A stretch of DNA of 64,000 nucleotides from Lytechinus pictus (lineage: Eukaryota), in the NCBI RefSeq assembly GCF_037042905.1, contig NC_087251.1, forward strand, positions 18,540,001-18,604,000, read 5' to 3'. Shown here piece by piece: positions 54,529-64,000 of this stretch. Under the pieces are notes generated by a model. The model had not been told where the DNA came from and made no database searches. It saw only the letters and a list, made by a program, of their open reading frames with translations. The translations under genes were made by a program, and so were the position numbers. Position 1 is the stretch's first letter; the number at the start of each line of letters is the position of its first letter.

Positions 54529-55205
54529 ATATATGTTCTTCCTTTTCTGAAGCTTGCTTGTTCCAAGATGCATTTCTATTAGCCTTTTGGTTTCTCAAGG
54601 GTAGGCAAATTTAAAGCTAGGGTTAGACATGACGCTAAGAAAATGATACAGTTCCACGATATCAAATTACGGAATGGGCCCCACTGCACTCAAAACGGAT
54701 CAGCATAGATCTACCACCATTTTCAGTATAAGAGAGAATGGTATCCATGGTGGTTGCGCAGTAGTTGCAATGGTAAGGTTTCTTGAGCTTACAGGCCCAA
54801 GATCCTCTCTTCTGCCATGTTAATGGGCTACCGCTGACTAGATACCAATTCAAGAAAAAGACCATGAGAGCAACACGGGCAGATATTTACCAGTATGGAA
54901 CACATTCATTTCATATTGGGGCAGCGGCAACTGCAGCATTGAATGGTGTCTCTCAAGAGAAAATTAAGGAAATGCATGGGGAGGTGGCAAAGTGAAACTT
55001 GTTATTTAATCTTAATCTGGTCTTGTGTAATTAAGTGTAGTATGCAACTCCAACTTAATTAGTGTCTTGCATATTTGCATTACCATGCATATCTATAGCA
55101 CATGTCTCAAATAAATTATCTCAAACTATCATGCATATGTAATATGAAGCCATATGCTACCATTAAGTATGTGTACTTGGAAAGATATTTGGTTTCTCCA
55201 TACAG

Positions 55206-55797
55206 ATGCTCGGAATCGAAGAATCTGGCTGGTGAGGGACAACTACATATGAGCTCAAGAGAGAGGGACATTACAACTGGGGACCACAACCTGGGACTGG
55301 TAGGCCACAAGGTTAAATGGTGAGGCCATGGGGGTACTACACTTCGCAACTTCCCAAGTGATCTCCAAGAGAAGCTAATATACAGTCCCATTCTGGCCGC
55401 AATCATAATTCATATGGGATCCAATGACTTGGGCCGCTATATTGCCAAGGAATGTAGACAGGCAGTAGATGTCGCACTACAGTCAACCAGAGCATTGCTT
55501 CCCTACTATCATGTTAGTTACTCAAGCATCTTGCCACACCTTAACTATGCCCAAGAACATGCCATCACCCCACAGGCAGCCATTGACAATGTTTGGAAAT
55601 CTGTGAACAAGTACACCTCATCTGTCACTCATAAATTTAACACTCAAGAACATTGGTTCTATCATAGGGATGGAATCCACTTGTTAGACGAAGGAAGTGA
55701 CATTCTGTTTGGTGATTTTAAGAGGACAAGAAAAGTTGCCCTTAATGGGCAAGACTTTAGTAATGTGGCAAGAGAGCTCAGACAGCCCCAAGATTAG
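55206..55797 (+). pseudogene. SGNH/GDSL hydrolase remnant carried by the YR retroelement
   Basis: Blocks I (IWLVRDN, degenerate GDS), II (GHGG), III (GSND) and V (DGIH) occur in order; overlaps ORF 55414-55797. Confidence 0.75.
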
Positions 55798-56724
55798 TGA
55801 ATGCATTTCCTTTTTTGAACCAAGAATCAGCAAGAAGAAAGCACTGGGAATATTGTGGAGAAATGTCTAATCATGTATGCAGCCAATATGATTAGGAATT
55901 AATTCATATCTTGAACAGTTTCTTTTTTTATACTGGTTTGTCATTAACATCAAATTGAATAGCACTTTTGTCTCATACCTGTTAGCAACAAGAAAATAAA
56001 AATAAGAATAACAAAACATTAGTCATTTATTTAGTGAATTAATGAATAAAAGTGAAAAGGAAAAAAAGCGTCAGGTAGCCCTCAACCTAATTTCAGCTTC
56101 AATACGCAGAAACCATATACTCCATCTTTAATCTCATTAAATGGTGCAAGTGCTGCCCTGGCCAGTATTTGATTAAAAGATGTGTAGCCAAGTAAATCAA
56201 GAATCAGCAATAAAAATTACTACGGGTGTTGTTTATGGGGTGTTTTTACGTACTTGGCAATGTCATTATCAATTCCAGATGCTCGCAGGGGAAGGAATGG
56301 CCAAGAGCTTTGTGAGCTAATGGCTCGGAAAGGCCAAGATTATCGCATATTGATAAGGGGATCCTTTGGCCCATGAAACTGGGAAACTGGGTAGAGCTAC
56401 CATCCTCCCAGTTGGTCACGTGACTCGTGACCCGGTTGTCTCTATGTAGTTACTTCTTAGCCAGACTTTTTTCCTTCCCCTACAGGTATATAAATTTGTT
56501 TAAAATTTCTGTGATGCACAAGTTTATGAAACATTGGTGTAAAAATCATTTGTTGATTAATTGTTTATATAAATGTGATACACCAATATGTGAGACATTG
56601 GGATAACAGTTCCCGAACGGAAATTAAAAGTTGAGAAAATGCCAATATCTGTGTATCGTGTTCTTATATCTTATCAAAATATGATGATGGCAATGTTGAC
56701 ATAATGAAATATTAAAAAAACAGT

Positions 56725-57140
56725 CACATCTGATAGGTGTGAAAAAATCAAGCGACGGATTGGAATTGCAAAAGCTACATTAAAGCACATGTAGAGAGTA
56801 CTTACAACTCAGACTATTGATCTTCCCATCAGACTCAGATTGTTGTTATACTATGTATGGTCTACGCTTTTCTATGGATCTGGATGCTGGAATCCAAACA
56901 AGGTCATCACCCCATGCAACAGCATTGGAAGCTGTTGAAATGTGGTTTTTGTGCAGAATGATGAAAATTTCATGGACTGAACATGTCAGCAATGTAGATG
57001 TCCTTGTCAGCAACTCGACAATTGCACTTATTAGGCCACATTCTTCACAAGAATGCTTTAGAGACTGTAGCCCTTACTGGTGCTATCGAAGGAAGGGGGG
57101 AACCTGGACGCCAGCGCTTCACATTCCTCTTTTGGCTTAG
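56725..57140 (+). mobile_element. RTE-clade LINE fragment (post-RT region)
   Basis: Frameshifted translation IKRRIGIAKAT..YVWSTLFYG..LEAVEMWFLCRMMKISWTEHVSNVDVL, typical of the RTE ORF C-terminal part. Confidence 0.75.
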
Positions 57141-57342
57141 GAATGCTACTAGCAATTACATTTGATGGGCAGCGTCAAGATTCTGACATGCAACTTTAAT
57201 GGATGGCAATTGGATGTGAGCAGTTGTGAGAAATATAAAGATCTGATGGAGAAGGGGATTAGTTGTCTCAGAAATGCAGTCTCAACATTTTTATTGGCAA
57301 AATTATAGTGTCATGGAAGTAAGGATGCATATCTGAAGTTAC

Positions 57343-57802
57343 CTAATGTCTTCTGACATTGAGAACTACAGAGGAGCCATTAAGTGTTTCTTCATGACAT
57401 CTTCTTGCCTAGAAATGAATGCCCTCCCTCATACCTGATGTCTTTTGCTCACATCTGTGGGTGAGCCATAAAGTGTTTCTCAATAACAAATTCTTGCCTA
57501 GTAACTGATGCACTCCTTCATCTTCTCAGAATATATTTTATCCCTGAGAGCCCCCAAGGAGCCATGAGGAGTTTCTCCATCACAACTTCTTCCCTAGTAA
57601 CCATTGCACTCCCTTATCATGTGGCAATGTCTTCCATCTCTAAAGAGCCATGGATTTGCCATGCAGTATTTCCCCATCACAAACTTGTTCCCTAGTAACA
57701 GATGCACGGATCATATGATGTCTTTACCCACTCAGAGCTTAGGAGGAGCCATGTAGTATTTTTCCATGATATACTTCTTTCCACAACGGCAGAAGAACTC
57801 CT
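57343..57802. repeat. Five diverged ~93-bp tandem units covering the HHAT C-terminus, stop and proximal 3' UTR
   Basis: Units start near 57343, 57435, 57530, 57624 and 57715. They share ATGTCTT..GAGCCAT..TTTC..CTTCTT.CCTAGTAAC..TGCACTCC. Confidence 0.75.
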
Positions 57803-60800
57803 CTACCAGCTGAACGTGGCAGTAGTGTACCCCAAGTAGTCCTCCTATAACCCACAATGCACCTGTGGAAATAGAAATGTGTTAATCATTACATGATGAT
57901 GCAGAGCTGAATGACCTTTGATGTGACATGGATACGTAAAGAAACACACATGGTAATGTAAGAAGGCAGTTTATACACAGGCCACTTCATGGAAATGACA
58001 TTCAGTTTCAAAGGATCACACTTTAAACCTTACAATATCAAAACACTTCTTGCTGAGTTTATCAGATACACAAACATTTTTTTACTTAACTTACATGAAA
58101 AGTTGTAGAGAAAATGTACTTATTCACTGCATAGGTGCAATTTTGTGATATATATTGAATTATCATTGTGTTGTAGATATGACATTGGGTTATGTCTCTA
58201 AAGATTTAATCTACTATATGAAAATACAATAACTAATATTTGCTTAATATGCCACTTGCATCTTTCTCAAAGCAGTATCGTTTGGAAGACTGACCTTCTG
58301 CACCAAGAACCCTGGAGACAAAGATCTTGCCAACCTCTATGTTATTGATGAAGAAGATCATAGCTAGAACTAGGAGTGGATACTTCCCTCCGGTAAGGAA
58401 ACAGTCTAGTCTTCTTCTGCTCAAAGGAGACATCTTACCAACCTGTAAATAAGAAAATTAATCAATTCTAGTATCATTAATGTAATTCTATAAGTTAAAC
58501 AATAACAAATAAAATAATTCTCGAAGATGAAAGACAAGCAGAGTGGCTTCATTGGCTCAAAGGACCATCTTTCAGTGCTCATGGCACTTCAATAAAATGA
58601 CCGACTTTGACAAAACGTGTCGGTGCAAAAACACCCTTCACACCACACTTCCGCTCACCCGGGCAGAAACATCCTTACGCAATGCCCTTATGCGCACTAC
58701 TAAGGGTATTTCTGCGCGCATGTAATGTGCATAAGTGTGGAGCTAAGGATGTTCCTGCACTGACATGACGAAAAGAAATTAAAAAAAAAAGAAGAAAACA
58801 ATACGCAAAATAGGATCTAATTATGTCGATTGAGATCAACTTATGCTCTGTTTTGGGCATTTGCTAATTCAATATATGAAACGTAATGATTGGTGCTAAA
58901 ATTTTGTTAGTGTGACTTATTAAATGTTATAATGTGTATGACGGCTTCTGTAGATTTGACCTATGGAATGTATCGGGTGTGCTTATAGTTTATTTTGACT
59001 ATGATGTGAAACCAATTGATAACCAGTCTAAACCTGTGGGAGGCGCTGTGATGAAATTTTGGAAATAAATTGCCATAAGATATCAAAGCATTCTGACTAA
59101 TCAAACATGCCTAAGGTGGTACACAATAATATGAATATTCTAATACTGCATATGAATTTTGTGTGAGACTAACCTCCCCTAGAATACTGTACAAGCTGTT
59201 ATTTTTCGCGTATAGAATTGTTCATGAATGATGTACGAAACACTCCCACAGCATTTCAAAGAAGCAATACTAGTGCAAATTATGTGCAGAAATAAATTCC
59301 CCAAACCCCATGCTGATGTGTCTTTTGTACATAAATATGTCCCTGTAAAAACAGTTACAAAGTGTTGAATAAAGTGGTTTAATTTTTTGCTTTTTTGTAC
59401 CTTTAGATCTAAAAATTCATCATGTCATAGTTGTGGATCTGTAATCATAGGGTTAAGCAATCTTTGGAATTTCTGTTTTTTAGATTCATTTTTCAAAAAG
59501 TTGGTAAAAGTGCAAAAATGTTGAATTTTGTGAACAGAATCTTACGACTCTAAAAGCTCTGGTCATGTGACTTATGAATATTAATGAGTATGCAAATAGC
59601 TGCCAATACATGTGTATAGAGCCAATCAGATGGATATAACATCAAATTATTTCATGGAAATGTAGTGATATGAATAACAGGTGCAGGCATAACTCTTGGG
59701 CATACATGTAGAGCCTGAAGTGAATTGTATTGTATGCCTGTATTGTATGCCTGCACCAGGCAAGGTGCTTATGAATAGAAACATTCTTGGTTTGGTTTAT
59801 ATGAGGGTGTCCTGAACAGGACCATTGATACATGTATGTATTGAGAGAGTAGACAACATGTACCATGCTAAGTAACCTGGCAGTTGACTCTTCATGCTCT
59901 TGTACATGTAGTTGTATGTGAACTCGGTTCTTGTAAAGTCTGAAGACTATATTGGAGTTAAAAGCTGAATAAAGTGAATATCAAAATAACTTTCTGATCT
60001 GTATCGTTATTTTGTTCCCCGTCTATTTCAGAAAATACATTTTAATATTACAGTGAGTGAATAAATATTGATAAAATTATGTTAGGAAATAGTTTAGGCT
60101 CTGATTTTGTTTTAGAAATTAAAAAACAGGGAAATTCTAGCTAACTTTTTGAATCACTAACTGTACTTTCTAAACCTTATTTTTTGCATATCTCCTATTT
60201 TTCACTGCACAGGATGTTTTCAATAGTAAAGCTTTACTGTTAGGGATATTGGCACTTACTATTAAATGAGTCAATATTTTCGCGTGTTGTTAGATTCGCG
60301 GCCGATCGGCAATTCGCGAAAATAAAACCCCCGCAAAAGTAATAATAATAATAGTACAGTTCTTAATATGCATAACACCTACAGGTCTCAAAGCGAGAAA
60401 TGTGGTTAGAATTGTAAATTTAAAAATTAGACATCAAATAATTATACATAACATCAAAGAATATTAAACATGGATTGGACCTACATGTGACTAAGTTAAA
60501 CATTCTGAAAGAGGTGGGTTTTTAATTGTACTTTGAATTTCTCAAGCTGGGTAATATTTCGTAATAACAGCTTATACATTAAAGGACCTATCAGTTTTGA
60601 ATTTTTTGTGCTATCTCGTATGATTATTCATAACCTAAACAAAGACATTAAAGGGGTCAATGTATGATAAAGGATGTATATTGCCATTTATTTCTAAAAT
60701 TGCATAATAGCATATCAGAGTATGAGGTGTGCTTATTCAAAGCAGACTGTTAATATTTTTTTTACCTCTCATATCAAGTAATACACTTACCCATTTTTTA

Positions 60801-63800
60801 ACCCCAAGTTTTTTGGCAATGATAGGTGAGAAGGCTTCCCACTGCACCAATACCCAGAAGATGAGGACCATGACGATGATATGATAATTAAATCCATGCC
60901 AGAAACTTGTGAAACAATAGCTGATCAGCAGAGCAAAGTACTGCCGGAGACCGCCATGTTGAGATCCACCAAATGGTATGTAGATGTTCCTATTCAGAAG
61001 TATAAGAAATATACACATGTGATGAAGAGATGTGATTTGTGTTTTGACGCATTGATTGAAAAATATCATTTTGCAAAACGATTTTGAAAGATATATATCA
61101 ATAGTTTTTCTTGCTGAGGATTTTTGTCTTAATAGAGTAACTTGCCATTTCTACAGCGGCCTTTTACCATGGACCTACTGTCAGAGTAGTAGGTCCATGC
61201 TTTAACCAAATAATTATGTAATTATCTAATTTATATTAGATAAATTCAATCTTGTTTGATTTTGGATATAATCCCAGTCATGCATTCATTCATTTATTTT
61301 TTTATTTTTTTGCAAATATGATAAATGTTATGGCTTGTTCAGATATAGCATAACATACATTGCATCAGCAACATTAATAAATTATTCAATATTGTTTGTC
61401 AAGTGTTGCATGACTTGTGACATCACATGAAAACCTATGTATCATGACGATCATGATTATCAAAAAAAATTAGGTGATATATCACACCATGTTATGAAGA
61501 AAATGATAAATGTTCCTGAGCTCTGTCACATCATATCTAAACAAGACATGAATATCCATTAATCTGTTTTGGTTAAAGCAAGATTGAAATTAGTCATATA
61601 GCTATTAATTGTGCACTAATTCTGTTTCAGTTTCACTGGTAGGGAAATGAAAACATGACTGTTATATTTCAAAATTATTTGGGAAGAATATCACAGCAAA
61701 AATGTCCACTGAAAAGACCTGCTCTTCAAATTAGGTCTGTTAATTCCAGTTTTCTAATTTCCTTTATTATTTCTTGAATTCTCTTTGTTTGTCCAAATAT
61801 AAGGTTTGCATTGAAATGTTTTTTTTTCATTTAAGAATACCTGTTTAAAGGATTTAATACCTTGTAAAAGAAGAGTGAAACTCTATTACATGCACTTCCT
61901 TCATTTACTATACACCAGAGTCTTAACCAAATCTATCATAACATGACATAATGGCAAACAATCATGACAATGTTTGAACAAATGAGGTATTATTCTCTTG
62001 ACTGATATAGTAAGACTCTCACTTTCGTTCGTGATCACTCTTCATTATTCTGAGTTTTCTGACAATGGAGGAATTCTTTTCAAGGATAATCAGAAACAGG
62101 ATACATAATCATGAAAACATAACAATTAATGACCATGTTCTCTCAGTGTGTTTTCAACACAACTATAAAATAAACTTGCTTGAAATATTCAGACAAACGT
62201 TGCGTCAATGATCAATGGAACAGTGACTATATAATCATACAAATCTTTTCAATATATAAAATGAAAACAATATATATTCTGTTTAACCTTTGTCAAATCT
62301 AGTGGACTTGATCCTAAAATTTGTCAATATATGAAATGAAAACAATATATATTCTGTTTAACCTTTGGCAAATCTAGTGGACTTGATCCTTAAAATTGAA
62401 TTGAGCGATAATAAGTTTCATTCTCTACCATTGTTCGAGAAATGTTTTCATCCCCAAAACAGAAGACTAGTGGGCCTCAGTGATATAAAAAGAATGCTGA
62501 CTAGCATGATCAATGTTATTTTTGCACCCTCCAATCTATTAAGTTGGTAAAAGCTCAAGATAAAAGTCCATTAAAGGCCTGGTCCTACTGGCCGATGGAC
62601 ACAAAATGTATTCATAACGGATACAGTGGACAAGCGAAATTTTGGGGTGGCTCCATCCGTTTTCATCTGCTCTTGACAAGGGACAAAATGGGCAAACAAT
62701 GAAATCACAGTGGACGGATGCTCGATGGATATAGAGCGTATGAAACACGTATACAAAGAGTACACAGCGGATACATAATGTTTTCCAGTGGATGGCAAGA
62801 TTCTTTTCCATTTTACATCCTCTCTGTATCCGTAAGTGCAGTGGGACCTTAAAAAAACATCTTGAAATTCATTTTTAGGTTGGGATCTTATCATTATTTT
62901 ACGCAATCATCACAAAAATGACAGAATGCAATATTTGAAAGATAACTCAACAAAATTCTGTTGAGATATCTTCCCAATAATGGGGAGTATGAAATCACAT
63001 CAAAGTTGGAAGGGCTAAATCTAGTTGTTTACCTCAATATAAATTGGTACTCTCCTCTGTCAAAATACCTGTGAAAATTAATAAAATTATTTCAGTAATA
63101 TAAACATTGGAAAATTACTCTTAAAATTATTATGAAATCATCTAAGTAAGCGATTAGATAACAATAAATATACACTGATTTCATATAGTAAATTTGTGAA
63201 TGAATTTTATAATTGATGACATATAGGATCTTGCAACATCCCATATCTGTAAGACTATGACCCGAGTTATGGCATACAATCACACATATCTACTAAGACC
63301 ATCAATGGTATGGTCAGGGATAATTCAGAAACAGTCCAAGTAGGTTAGGAATATTCATATTGGTAGAAAATTAAACTTAAAATAATAAGAAAATGCAAAA
63401 CAATGTATCATGTCCATTTAAGCTATTGTGACATCATGGAATTGCATTCAAGCTTACAATATGCATAATAAATATTGTCTGTTCATTCACAAAGTCTATA
63501 TTCTATCAAAAGAAGCAATTATCCCTAGGGCCATGGCAGAAGTATCAATTTATCTGTTTTCCATCATCTTTTCATGCCATTGAAAATATCAATCAAGAAA
63601 TCACTAACTGAGGTGAGCTTCAAACCCTACACCTACTTTTCCAGATCCACACTATGAATTCAACTAACCTCCATCCATGTGTAGCCATCAGTATAGTCTG
63701 CATGCATGCCGGTAAGCCTGGAGTCAAAACCCCATCAAATATAGCCATAGCCTTAGCAAAACCATAGTATACCATATACTGTAGCTGAAATATGATGGTA

Positions 63801-63819
63801 CACCACTCTCCCAAAGCAA
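57732..63819 (-). CDS. HHAT: Hedgehog acyltransferase-like MBOAT (protein-cysteine N-palmitoyltransferase), 3' five exons; 5' part lies right of the window
   Basis: Exons 63819-63669 (FQLQYMVYYG..FDGVLTPGLPACM..WR), 63068-63033 (YFDRGEYQFILR), 60989-60791 (IYIPFGGSQHG..SFWHG), 58442-58295 (MSPLSRRRL..EVGKIF), 57862-57732 (LLGVHYCH..PPKL*). All GT-AG and phase-consistent. Motifs match HHAT/HHATL as I recall them. Confidence 0.88.
59184..60360. mobile_element. Probable TACTGT...ACAGT MITE with a nested second repeat (intronic)
   Basis: Left TACTGTACAAGCTGTTATTTTTCGCGT and right CGCGAAAATAAAACC...TAGTACAGT. Boundaries are approximate. Confidence 0.4.
62260..62395. repeat. Local tandem duplication (~55-bp core, two copies)
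   Basis: ATGAAAACAATATATATTCTGTTTAACCTTTG.CAAATCTAGTGGACTTGATCCT occurs twice. Confidence 0.85.
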
Positions 63820-64000
63820 CTAAAAAAGAGTGAATAATACTAATAGTAATTAAGATTTTTCATTAGCAATTTAAAAATGTTGCATTTATTTATTAATTTG
63901 ACAATATTGATTAAATTTCTCTTTCACCATTGTATCACAGAAACTAAGAAATTGATTTTTAAAAATAACCTAATAATAATATCTAAAGACTATCAAAAGT

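Larger units (their letters stand above)
52110..55797 (+). mobile_element. Decayed tyrosine-recombinase (DIRS-order, Ngaro-like) retrotransposon: RT, RNase H, YR, SGNH hydrolase
   Basis: RT: RLIHHLSYP, GAKLAKADLKSAFRVLPIAPQDFE*LG..YVEKCLLMG, LHCIDDFL (~52524). RNase H: WKELMPILMAIMVW, WFHTDN, DNSIADSFSR. YR: DPTKHF..LPITLALL, frameshifted FLLAF-GFSRVG, PLF..PLTRYQF, YGTHSFHIGAA. SGNH: IWLVRDNY, W*GHGG, IIIHMGSND, RDGIHL. Many stops and frameshifts. Confidence 0.88.

Noticed and set aside
55800..56490. Terminal split direct repeats of the YR element
   Set aside because: Could not find matching repeat copies at the element's 5' side by eye.

Overview
AT-rich, intron-rich animal genomic DNA. 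The repeat families suggest an echinoderm/sea-urchin-type genome (inference). Three spliced genes were rebuilt by hand from GT-AG boundaries and reading phase. (1) A minus-strand SLC23/nucleobase-ascorbate transporter (9 coding exons, 7343 down to 470, running off the left edge). It has three 1-bp frameshifts and a MITE inserted in the first coding exon's splice donor, so it is a young pseudogene or an error-containing assembly. (2) An intact 15-coding-exon plus-strand ARHGEF33-like RhoGEF (28945-46104, ~996 aa): coiled coil, DH domain, no PH domain, long tail, C-terminal SAV. (3) The last five exons of a minus-strand Hedgehog acyltransferase (HHAT/MBOAT) gene (63819 to 57732). Between the latter two lies a decayed tyrosine-recombinase retrotransposon (RT-RNase H, YR, SGNH hydrolase; Ngaro-like) split by nested MITEs, plus an RTE-type LINE fragment. 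The rest is dense with non-autonomous DNA transposons (8-bp, 5-bp, TTAA and 2-bp TSD classes) and microsatellites. Several MITEs carry ~110-120-bp periodic arrays built around a GCGAAGC/GCTTCGC mini-hairpin. Most ORF-track entries are spurious. No wholly new system is proven from sequence alone.
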